Assembly (NCBI GenBank): GCA_965219415.1
Contig: CBDCNP010000002.1
Span: 1,696,001-1,760,000 of the forward strand
DNA length: 64,000 bases
Reading direction: 5' to 3'
Source of the DNA: Candidatus Marinacidobacterales bacterium
Lineage (GTDB): Bacteria > Acidobacteriota > Vicinamibacteria > Marinacidobacterales > DATDRI01
The notes under the pieces were generated by a model. That model had not been told where the DNA came from. It made no database searches and saw only the letters and a program-made list of their open reading frames with translations. This document shows positions 53,431 through 62,778 of the stretch, piece after piece. The position numbers and the translations under genes were made by a program. Numbering within the stretch: the stretch's first letter is position 1; the number at the start of each line of letters is the position of its first letter.

Positions 53431-54354
53431 ATGAAACAGATCGGATACGACCGCCCTTTGTTCGTTCAACCTTTTGACCACCGCGGGAGCTTCACCAAGT
53501 CCTACTTCGGATTCAAGGGCGCCCCGACCATTACCCACGACACCGAGCAACACGTTCAAGTGGCGGAGGCCAAGACTCTGGTTTACCGAGGCCTCTTGAG
53601 AGCCATTGACATGGGCGTAGCTCCAGAGAATGTGGGCATTCTGGTAGACGCTCAGTTCGGAAGCCACATCCTCGCCGACGCGAAGTCCAAAAACATCCCA
53701 GTGGCAGTGGCGGTCGAAAAAAGCGGCCAGCCCGTTTTCGACTTCGAGTATGGCGCTCGATGGGAAGATCACATCCGTTTCATCGCGCCTGATATCGTCA
53801 AGGTTTTAGTTCGGTTCCACCCCAAGGACGATCCGCTGACCAATCGGGAGCAGCTAGCCCGCCTCAAGCTTCTATCCGACTACGTTCATGCCACTGAGGA
53901 CAACTACTTAATGTTCGAGCTTCTCGTGCCCGCCGCCACCGACGAGGACAAGAAGGCGGGCGACCGATACGACTCCGAGCTCCGCCCCGGACATATGGTC
54001 GAGGCGATGAAGATATTGCAAGACTACGGCGTCGAACCGGACATCTGGAAGGTGGAAGGTCTGGATCGGCGCGAGCAGGCGGAGGCGGTCTCGGAACAAG
54101 CGCGCGTTGGTGAAGCGCGCAAAAGAGTTGGTTGCATCATCCTCGGGCGCGGCTCCGACAAGGAGCAAGTTCACAAGTGGCTGCGGGTCGCCTCGCCGGT
54201 TCCCGGCTTTATCGGGTTCGCCGTCGGCCGCACCAACTTCAGCGATCCCCTCAAACGTTTCCTAGAAGATCCCAAGCAAGAGTCCGCGGCGATCGAAACC
54301 ATCGCGCAAAACTACAAGGGTTGTGTAGACACTTGGCAATCCGCCCGCGAGTAA
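53431..54354 (+). CDS. Stand-alone DUF2090 (IolC C-terminal-like) aldolase-type protein
   Basis: Motifs PFDHRGSF, EKSG...FDFEYG, VKVLV, PDIWKVEG and GFAVGRT. Confidence 0.78.
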   Translation: MKQIGYDRPLFVQPFDHRGSFTKSYFGFKGAPTITHDTEQHVQVAEAKTLVYRGLLRAIDMGVAPENVGILVDAQFGSHILADAKSKNIPVAVAVEKSGQPVFDFEYGARWEDHIRFIAPDIVKVLVRFHPKDDPLTNREQLARLKLLSDYVHATEDNYLMFELLVPAATDEDKKAGDRYDSELRPGHMVEAMKILQDYGVEPDIWKVEGLDRREQAEAVSEQARVGEARKRVGCIILGRGSDKEQVHKWLRVASPVPGFIGFAVGRTNFSDPLKRFLEDPKQESAAIETIAQNYKGCVDTWQSARE

Positions 54355-54452
54355 ACCGTACCCGAGCGAAGAGCGAGGTAGTTGCGAAGACGGATCTCCG
54401 GGTGAGACAATGAAAAAACGCCTTTTAACAGAACGACATAGCGCGTTACAAC

Positions 54453-55473
54453 GTGGTCGGAAAGCAACTGAAGCACCTCGTCTTCGCTGCCTTGCCGACG
54501 TTTCTTTTCGTCGACACTGGGGAGATATTCGCACGGTTGGAACTTCGGTTGATCCGCGGCTACAGCTACGCTGAAGCTCTCGCCTACCTCCCCGACCCAG
54601 ATCTGGTCTATAGACACAATCCGTTCTATCGGGCTTGGAAGCACAAGCCGAACTCAAGTTACGATTTTTTCTTCATCCCACCCCCGAGAGATGACGGGCC
54701 ATCTCCACGCATTCTTGTCCTGGGAGGCTCAACTTCCGAGGCCCGCCCCGATGGAATGGGCTGGCCCACGGTGATGGAGGCAGCGACTGGTGCAACCGTC
54801 ATCAATTTGGGGCACAGCGGTTACGGAACGAGCCAGCTTCATATCCTTTATGAACGCTACGCGGTGAAAGTACGGCCGGACGTTGTCGTTGTCTTTTCGG
54901 GTTGGAACCGTCGTGGTAGTGCGACCTCGCGATTCGGCTGGAGACCGCCCAATGCCTCGTCACCGTTCGACCGGTGGCCGCAGCGCACTTCGGCCTTTCT
55001 TATCAATTACTCGGCGCTCTATGGTCGATTCTGAAACTTGATCACCGACCGCTTTTTGTCACCCGAATGCGTAACCGGGGAGGAGCCGACAGAAGAGGCT
55101 GCGATGTGGGTACGGGAATACAAAGAATTTGTCTCAAGAAATTCTTCGTGACCAGCCTCTCTATATCGTCCTGTTCCCGAGCCTAGCGATGCGAAGTGAC
55201 GCAAAGACGAAGCTGCCGCCGTCGCTGACGTGTCTTGCCGACAAGTTCGACGCGACCCATGAGAACTACCTCGAGACTATTCAGACCATACAGGCAATCG
55301 GCGAAGAGGTTGGCGCCACTTTCCTCGATATCCGACCGGACTACTTGGAACTCCCGATCGGCGTTCACGTCTCGTACTTCAGGGACCAAATCCACCAAAC
55401 TGCGGAAGGGAATCGCTTTCTGGCCGAGGCCATTGGTCGCGAGCTGGAAAACGCCATTCCAACAATGCACTAA
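54453..55473 (+). pseudogene. SGNH/GDSL hydrolase, interrupted (TGA at 55032-34 and +1 at 55128-30)
   Basis: Blocks LGGSTS, NLGHSGYG and SGWN are in the first ORF; DQIH..EGN is in the second ORF. Confidence 0.75.
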
Positions 55474-56202
55474 GGTGCTCTTTCACTGAAGACACCGCGG
55501 CGGACCATTTATTGTCTTCCTAGAAAGTGATCGCTCGGCGTGGCGGGCTCATGGGCCGTGATGCCAGCCATCCAAGAAAAGGGGGCGGGCAGGGTCGAAG
55601 CCCCAACCTGGATGCGAATTACCGAAGCCCGGAACCGTTACCGGAATCGACCTCACACCCACTCCGACCCCGCCACGCGGGGGTGCCGCCTCCGGTGATT
55701 TTGATTCCGAGCAGTGCCTTGCTACTTCGGAAACCACCTTCAGCTGGCGGCTAATCAAGCTAAGTGGCTCGGTTTTCCTTTTTCGCTCGAGCCGAAATCT
55801 CTGTTTCGATTCTCTCTAATAGCAAAAGACCTGCCAGGTACCGAAGGCGGCGGGTAGCATCGCTAACTGCCAATGATGCAGCCGGATCGGGGGGACGGCA
55901 CTCGGCGAACGATCCAGCTTGAGGGGAGTTACCCACCCCCAACGGTAAAAGTCGACATATTCACCACCTCTAACCCTCTTTTTTTGAGGGGGTTCCCCTA
56001 CCAACGGCTATTCTTTCCCCACAGTCCAAGAGTGCCCCAAAGGCGCGTAGTTAAGGGATTTATGGTATGATTTGTATGAGATACTGATCCTCCCGCAGCC
56101 AAACTGAATAGCATTGCGAGAATGGCCCACTGATGTGACGCCAGGATTGCTCTTGGCCTGACTGCTGACCGCCGTCTGGCCACCTACAGAGTCGAGGTCG
56201 CC

Positions 56203-58095
56203 CTGAACAAAGTCTCGGATTTCCCACCGCCGCCAGCGTTCGGAAGCCCGGATGTAGCAGCGTCTCCAGCAGTCGATGAGGGCAAGGTAGGCTGGGCCAT
56301 CCGCATCTCGCTCCTCCTTCTATTGATCGCGGCACCTTGGCCCTTTGGCTCTGCGACGCCGTTGCCTTCCGCTTTCCTGAGCGCGGCGCTTTACATGCTG
56401 TTCGGAGTCTGGGTTTGCAACCTACTACTTAGAGAGAACCGCGCGCGATTTCCCTGGCCCGCCCACCGCTGGCTCGGCCTGGCCATCGTGCTTGGTCTCT
56501 TCTCACTTCTTCCGCTAGCCCCCGGTCTCCTCAAGGTTCTCGCACCAGCCTCGGGCGCGATTCACTATCCGGATGCCCCGGAGGTCCGGGAGATCGTCGG
56601 TACAGGCTGGCATCCAGTTTCAATCGAGAGCTTTGCCACCGAAACCGAGCTAGTGCGGCTGGGAGCGCTCATCGCCGCCTTTTTTCTGTTCAGCCATCTC
56701 TTCGTTCACCGCCGCGACATCCGGCTACTCGGATACACCTTGGCCATCTTGGGCGTCGCGCTGAGCTTGTTCGCCGTCTACCAGCATGCACGTTGGGGCA
56801 CCGTGCTCTACGGTCGCTACCCCGTACCTTCCGCCAACCCGTTCGGCCCGTTCGTGAATCACAACCACTTCGCCGGTTTCGTTGAAATGTGCGCTTTGGT
56901 TGCTCTTGGCGGTGCGATCGGACACCTGGGGCGTCGCAGCCATACCGTTTCGATACTGCTTGGCGGATCGGCACTCTTTAGCGGATCGGCACTCTTTATG
57001 GGAGTGGCGTTAGTTCTCTCGCACTCGCGAGGCGGCTTCTTGGCGGCGGCAGCCGGCGCGGTTGTTTTGGGCACCCTGGCATTACGAGGGAAAGCACGCA
57101 CCCGAGTCTCGGTACTCGCCATTTGGGCCGGAGCCATCACGCTCCTGTTGCTCTTTGCGGCGCCAACCAGCGTTTTCGAGCGAATCGGGTCCATCGGTCG
57201 GGGCTCGCAAGACGTTTCCATGCAATTTCGATTGCAGCTGTGGTCCGATTCGTTGCACCTCGCCCTACGTTCGCCCGTTTTTGGAACCGGACTCGGAACC
57301 TATGCGGCTGCGATCCCGCCTTATCGCACGGGAATGAATGAAACTCGCGCGGAGTTCGCGGAGAGCGACCTGGTGCAACTCGCCTGCGAAACCGGCGTCG
57401 CGGGGCTCGCCATCGTGCTCGGCTTCCTCTGGGTGGCGATCCGTAGAGCCCGAGAGAGATTGGACGACGAAGAACCCTCGAGCGGGAGCCAAGGGATTCT
57501 CCTCGGCGCGATGGCGGCCGTTGTGGCTCTACTCGTCCACGGGATCTTCGATTTCAATACCCACATTCCTTCCAATGGGTTCCTGTTCGCCGCGCTTCTG
57601 GGGATGATCGTGGGCTCTCGTCCCCGCGATGCCTCGCAACCAGCCGGTTCATCGCTCCGCATGGGAGTTGCCGCGCTGGTCGTGCTTTGCTCGGTTGCCG
57701 CGGCGGCGGCAACGCTGGCGACCGGTTTTTCTCGTGACGCCATCGTTACAGTAAACCCATCCCGCGCAGAACCGGAGGCCTTTGCCGATCTCGCCGGCCA
57801 GTTGAGTGCGAGCGGGACTGGCGAGCCCTATCAACAGGAGCTCGAGGAAAACGACGCCCCTGACCAACGCCGACTGGAGTTGGATCGCGGCATCGGCGAT
57901 ACGGCACCGCTTGGCAAGCCTTCTGTTCGAGGGGATTCGACGGCTCGAGGCCCAGGAGTGGGTTCCCGAGCCCGTTTGGCGAAGCCTCGAGAGCGCTTAC
58001 TACACGAACTTGGTCCACAACTTTCCACTTGTTCGAGCACGCACAATCGCTCATCAAGAAGAGCCGAAAGGGTGGGGTTCCGCTGGTGTTGCTAA
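56203..58095 (+). CDS. O-antigen ligase family membrane protein; C-terminus probably truncated or chimeric after ~57810
   Basis: Motifs FGPFVNHNHFAG, SHSRGG, FGTGLGTY, AESD..Q..CETG and HGIFDFNTHIPSN; the frame is open to CTG 56203, which has a GAGG SD. Confidence 0.75.
   Translation: MNKVSDFPPPPAFGSPDVAASPAVDEGKVGWAIRISLLLLLIAAPWPFGSATPLPSAFLSAALYMLFGVWVCNLLLRENRARFPWPAHRWLGLAIVLGLFSLLPLAPGLLKVLAPASGAIHYPDAPEVREIVGTGWHPVSIESFATETELVRLGALIAAFFLFSHLFVHRRDIRLLGYTLAILGVALSLFAVYQHARWGTVLYGRYPVPSANPFGPFVNHNHFAGFVEMCALVALGGAIGHLGRRSHTVSILLGGSALFSGSALFMGVALVLSHSRGGFLAAAAGAVVLGTLALRGKARTRVSVLAIWAGAITLLLLFAAPTSVFERIGSIGRGSQDVSMQFRLQLWSDSLHLALRSPVFGTGLGTYAAAIPPYRTGMNETRAEFAESDLVQLACETGVAGLAIVLGFLWVAIRRARERLDDEEPSSGSQGILLGAMAAVVALLVHGIFDFNTHIPSNGFLFAALLGMIVGSRPRDASQPAGSSLRMGVAALVVLCSVAAAAATLATGFSRDAIVTVNPSRAEPEAFADLAGQLSASGTGEPYQQELEENDAPDQRRLELDRGIGDTAPLGKPSVRGDSTARGPGVGSRARLAKPRERLLHELGPQLSTCSSTHNRSSRRAERVGFRWCC
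56963..56998 (+). repeat. Exact 18-bp tandem duplication (in frame)
   Basis: GCGGATCGGCACTCTTTA twice, encoding GGSALFSGSALF. Confidence 0.9.
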
Positions 58096-58926
58096 AGGGC
58101 GCATCTTTCGCGGGATGGCTGTACCCGAGTCCGGCACTGCGCCCCATGGGTGATTTGGACATTCTAGTGCGAAGCGGAGATCTCGCTTACGTCGCACACT
58201 TGGCGAAGGAACTCGGCTACCAGCCTCATCAATCAACCGACCATGCGCTCTCGTTACAACATGGAAAAACACGCACTTATTTAGAGCTGCACACGAGCCT
58301 TACGAGCTGTCCAGACTACGTCGGCGTCGACCCCGACTCCCTGATCGACCGTTCGACCTCGACGGCGCACCTGGCGGCCCGCACGTTGGCGCTCGAGGAC
58401 CACCTGCTTCACCTATGCCTGCACGGGAGTTTCCAGCATGGACTCCGCCAGCCTGCGGTCAACGCTTGCGATGCATACCTTCTTTCCCAGAAAGCGGAGT
58501 TTCGCTGGGAGCGTTTCATCGAGCAAGCCTCCACCCCTAGATTGGCCCCTCTGGTTTACGGAGGACTTTCTCTTTGTCATCATCTTTTCCCGACGGAGGA
58601 AATCGGGAATGCTCTCGAAACGTTAAAGCCCTTTGTGGGTCGCCTGCAGCAGAAGCGTGCGGCGAGACTCACAACCGAATCTCTTCTGAATCCGGCTCCT
58701 GAATCTGTCTTTGGCTCACCCTGGGTACGCATCCGCTGGACCCCGGGACCTCGGGACGGGCTGGCGCTGGCTTGGGAGAGCCTTTGCACCCCGCACGGCA
58801 GGACACCCCCCCAACCAGTGGCCGTCGGTTCGGCGAGGCCTGACTCTGCTTTGGAGACATGCCCAACCGAACGGGTTCGGCGGGTTCTCGCGAGGACCAA
58901 CGCTCCGGCGAAGCCTCGCCCCCTGA
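57806..58926 (+). pseudogene. Uncharacterised nucleotidyltransferase (NTP_transf_5-like) with two +1 frameshifts
   Basis: DW..IA..AIRHRLA.LL N-terminus, then LLKG...LYP.PALRPMGDLDILV, ELH and DHLLHLCLH; indels at 58022-24 and 58783-85. Confidence 0.75.
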
Positions 58927-59010
58927 ACCGAACAAGCGTTTCCATTGGAGAGACAAGTAATGTATAATTTTCCCCACGCCCCCAAAAGTACGACAAACGG
59001 AGCCGTAACA

Positions 59011-60378
59011 ATGAACGAGCCCACTGGGTCGCAGGTCCTTGTTGTCGATGACGATGCCAGCATGCAGCGCATGCTCCGGCAGCGTCTCGAGCGCGAGGGC
59101 TACGCCGTACACACGGCTCCCAATGGCGAAGAGGGGCTCGACCTCATCCGTAAGGAAGTCTTCAATTTGATAATTACGGCCCTGAGGATGCCCAAGCTTC
59201 GAGGGGACGAGCTGGTGAGGGCGGTGGCTCAGTTCAATCCGAACATCCCCATCATCGTCATGACCGCATACGCCGAGGTGGACGAAGCTGTAGAGCTGAT
59301 GCGGGACGGCATTTACCACTACGTGACCAAGCCATTCGACGTGGAAGAGCTGGTCACCAAGGTCAAGAAAGCCCTCGACAAACAGCTCACCACTTCCGGG
59401 GCCCGGCAGGTCCGTACCAAGATCATGAGCCGGCGGAAGTCGGACTACATCGTCGGTGCCTGTGCGAAGATCGAGGAGCTGCTCACTCAAATTTCCATCG
59501 TGGCGCAAAACGACGTCCCGGTCATCATTTACGGTGAGTCTGGGACCGGCAAGGAGCTCGTGGCGCGAGCCATCCACTACACCGGTAAGCGCGCCGATCG
59601 ACCCTTTGTCGTCGAAAACTGCGGAGCGATTCCCGAAAATCTGATCGAGAACGAGCTCTTCGGCCACGTGAAAGGCGCCTACACCGACGCCCGAACCGAT
59701 CAGAAGGGGTTATTCGAAGAGGCGCATGGGGGCACGCTGTTCTTAGACGAAATCGGAGAGCTGCCGGTAACCCTTCAGGTCAAGTTCCTGCGCGTCTTGC
59801 AGGATGGCGAATTCAAGCGAATCGGATCGACACGCCCCATCCGCGTGGATGTCCGGGTGATCGCCGCCACGAACAAAGACCTGATCCAAGCCATAGCCGA
59901 GAAGTCGTTCCGCGAAGATCTCTTTTACCGCTTGAACGTCATCCCGGTGCACATTCCGCCACTCCGGGAGCGCAAGGAAGACATACCGCTCCTTATCAAT
60001 CACTTCCTCACCGACTTCAACAAGGAGTTGGGAAAGGTGGTGGAGGGATTCTCGCCGGCGGCCATCCAAAAGATGATGACCTATCAGTGGCCGGGAAACG
60101 TTCGCGAGCTCAAGAACAAGGTCAAGCAGGCAATGGTTCTGACCCGCAACAACGTCATCACCGCCGAGGACCTATTCTTCCATGTGCCGGTTTCCTCGAA
60201 CAAGTTCCAGTCCTTCAAGGAAGCCAAGCGGGAGTTCGAGAAAGAGTACATCTCTCAAGTTCTCCGCATCTGCCAGGGCAACATCAGCCAGGCTGCACGG
60301 CTGGCCAAGAAAGACCGGAAGGACTTCTACGATGTCATGAAGAAGTACGGCATCCAGCCAGAGGCCTTCCGCAAATAG
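59011..60378 (+). CDS. sigma54-dependent response regulator (REC-AAA+-HTH) with atypical receiver
   Basis: Motifs LVVDDD, GESGTGKE, ELFGHVKGAYTDA, LFLDEIGE, FREDLFYRL and WPGNVREL; Fis-type HTH; start may be 58960. Confidence 0.93.
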   Translation: MNEPTGSQVLVVDDDASMQRMLRQRLEREGYAVHTAPNGEEGLDLIRKEVFNLIITALRMPKLRGDELVRAVAQFNPNIPIIVMTAYAEVDEAVELMRDGIYHYVTKPFDVEELVTKVKKALDKQLTTSGARQVRTKIMSRRKSDYIVGACAKIEELLTQISIVAQNDVPVIIYGESGTGKELVARAIHYTGKRADRPFVVENCGAIPENLIENELFGHVKGAYTDARTDQKGLFEEAHGGTLFLDEIGELPVTLQVKFLRVLQDGEFKRIGSTRPIRVDVRVIAATNKDLIQAIAEKSFREDLFYRLNVIPVHIPPLRERKEDIPLLINHFLTDFNKELGKVVEGFSPAAIQKMMTYQWPGNVRELKNKVKQAMVLTRNNVITAEDLFFHVPVSSNKFQSFKEAKREFEKEYISQVLRICQGNISQAARLAKKDRKDFYDVMKKYGIQPEAFRK

Positions 60379-60538
60379 CAGCACGCTAGCTAGTACCCGT
60401 CCTGAAGCCTGTAAGGGATTGAGAAAAAAGGAGAAATCGCAAATTCAGGGCTAGTCTTCTGAGGGGGTGTCGATTAGGATCGTGTCGTTGAAAACATCCG
60501 ATTCTAAATGACTTAACTCCAAAGGAGACCAGCCCTAA

Positions 60539-61310
60539 ATGCGAAAAACGATCAACCCACAGCCAAATCTACGTGCGCCCTGGCTGGAGCTGGAGCACGC
60601 ACGCGAACTCGAAACGATCTCGTCGCCGCTCGATGCCCATCCTAAACTCAATGAGCTGGTACTGCAAGACCTGAAGTCGGTCACCCCATCGGCAGGGAGC
60701 GATGTTGGTCGTGGGGGAATGAGCACAGAGCAGGTTCTCCGGGCGTTGTTGGTCAAGCAGCTGAATCAGCTCAGCTATCGGGAGCTGGCGTTTCACTTGG
60801 CAGACTCTCGAAGCTATCGGACGTTTTGCCAGCTCGGCATCATAGAGCCGACCCCGTCGAAGTCGACCCTAGCAGCAAACATCAAAGCCGTGAAGTTCGA
60901 AACGCTGGAGCAGATCAACCGAGAGCTGGTGAGCGTTGCCGAGGATGCTGGGATCGAAAAGGGAAGAAAAGTACGAGTGGAACTGCACGGTAGTGGAATC
61001 AAACATTCATCCGCCTACAGACTCCGAGCTTCTTTATGACTGTGTTCGGGTTCTCACTCGCCTGATGTGCGGAGCTCGCGAACTGCTGGGTACAGTAGTG
61101 GTCTTCGGCAATCGAACGCGTCGAGCGAAGAGACGTCGACTGGGAGTTCTGAACGCGAAGGATAAGCAACAAAGGCGTCGCGTCTATCGAGATCTACTGA
61201 AGGTGACGGAAGAAACCTATCGCTCCGCTCAACGCGTTGCAGAACAGTTGGAAGAGTCGGGCTTGACCGAGCCTGTGAAGCGAGCGAGTACGGAGAGGAT
61301 CGCCGCGGAT
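60539..61310 (+). pseudogene. ISNCY/IS5-like DDE transposase, frameshifted (60981) and 3'-truncated
   Basis: Motifs GRGGMS.EQVLRA, SYRELAFHL.DS and RV(D)CTVVESNIHPPTDS.LL.D. Confidence 0.82.
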
Positions 61311-62209
61311 GCGCCGGTTGGCCTGGAGCAACTTTTTGAGTGCGCGGCGACCGTCTAGGCTCAGGTTCTCCCGCCGGGAAAGCAAAGTGTAACGCTGCCC
61401 CTTGATGTACGACCGGTCCTTGCCGCTGAGGCGTTTGTACTCACCGCGCCGGACCTCATCGAGGGCCTTTGACAGATGACGCATGATATGAAACTTGTCG
61501 AAGATGATCCGCGCATTAGGCGCGTTGTGAATCACCGAGTTCCGGAAGGGCTTCCACATATCCATGGCGGCCAGCTTGATACGGGCGCTTTTCTTTCCGC
61601 CCGGCGCCTTGAAGAACAAATCGATGTCGGTTTCTTTGCGACCCTCACCGCCCACCCAGATGGGACGCGCCCGCTCCAGGTCGCTGACAATGACGCGATA
61701 GTTATGTCCCTTGCGGATGGAGATCTCATCGACACCGATGGCCCGAGGCGCCGGTAGCCCCGCCCGGTCGACCTGCTCTTGCATGTAGAGCGTATCCAGA
61801 GCCTTCACCGTACCGTGGTGCAGACGTTCCATCTCGGCCACCGCCTTGTTCGGCATATCCCGGCACAGCTTGCCCACATGCGTCGCAAAACGCTGGGTGT
61901 AGCGCGAGTTGTTCGCCAGCCAGTCTAGGTGTTCTACATGCACACCGCCGCACCCAGAACAGTTGACGCGCCAACGCTCGTATTCCAGATAGATCCGCCA
62001 GCCTGCCAACGACAGGTCGCGGACCCGGCACACTTGCTTGTCATAGCGCCCCCGGCACCGTTGCCCACAGTAAGAGCACACAGCTGTTTTTTTCGCCTCT
62101 TGAGCTGGATGACACGGGCGTATCGGTCACCGAATAGACCCTTCAATCCGGCACCAACCACGAAACCTGGCAGCGCAAACAGCGAGCGGATCGACTGGGA
62201 ATTTTTCAC
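61311..62209 (-). pseudogene. ISL3-family transposase fragment, two ORFs joined by -1 shift at A7, 3'-truncated
   Basis: Motifs CSYCG..RVRDL..RVNCSGCG, IGVDEISIRKGH.Y, MDMWKPF and FDKFHI; A7 run at 62087-93; stops at ..LLQANRR. Confidence 0.85.
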
Positions 62210-62778
62210 TCGGTTAGCCTATCCTAAAAATGGACCACTTTTCAGCACCTGATGAAGTACTCGATACCTTTTCCACACAATGAGTTACACTGTTTTTCCG
62301 TCAGAACTTACCCACACGAATCCGCGTAAACCCATTAAGATAATAACTATTACTCTTCCGCTCCCATAGCCTTGGATTCCTGACGATTCGCCTCTCGTTT
62401 CGTCCAAGATTTTCATTCGCTCTCAACCCTACGAAGTTCCCTACCGAAAACGTATAATACCCACATCTTCGGTAGGCCTGTCGCACACCACAAGTTATGG
62501 TGTTTCTGGACAGGAACTAGCTAGCACGCCCCCACCCCCACCGAGCCAAAGGCTCCGTCTCTGGCCCAGTGCTGCTGGGACGCCGGGCGTCGAAATACGG
62601 GGTGCCTCAATCAAACTCGCCCCATGAACCCCTTGGTATCAGGGTCTGAGGATGCTAGGATTTAAGGTTCGAGGTCGGTGGGCTATCCTGCCTTTTTCTG
62701 GCCGCCAAGAGTACATCGCAATTCGGTTCGGCTTCCCTCTGCCTCGTACCGTTCGAACGGACCTTATGGAGATATTTG

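Larger units (their letters stand above)
60390..62520 (+). mobile_element. ISNCY/IS5-like element with imperfect terminal IRs and CTAG flanks, internally disrupted
   Basis: Left end CTAGTACCCGTCCTGAA vs reverse complement of the right end CTAGTTCCTGTCCAGAA (14/17); CTAG at 60386-89 and 62521-24. Confidence 0.75.

Noticed and set aside
55032-55034. In-frame TGA in the SGNH gene as possible selenocysteine, given selA nearby
   Set aside because: No convincing SECIS hairpin follows, the position is not catalytic, the context suits Trp (TGG to TGA) and a frameshift follows downstream.
55845-55862. ops/JUMPStart-like GGCGGGTAGC upstream of the ligase-like gene
   Set aside because: It has an extra G relative to GGCGGTAG, lacks the rest of the element and is likely by chance at this GC content.
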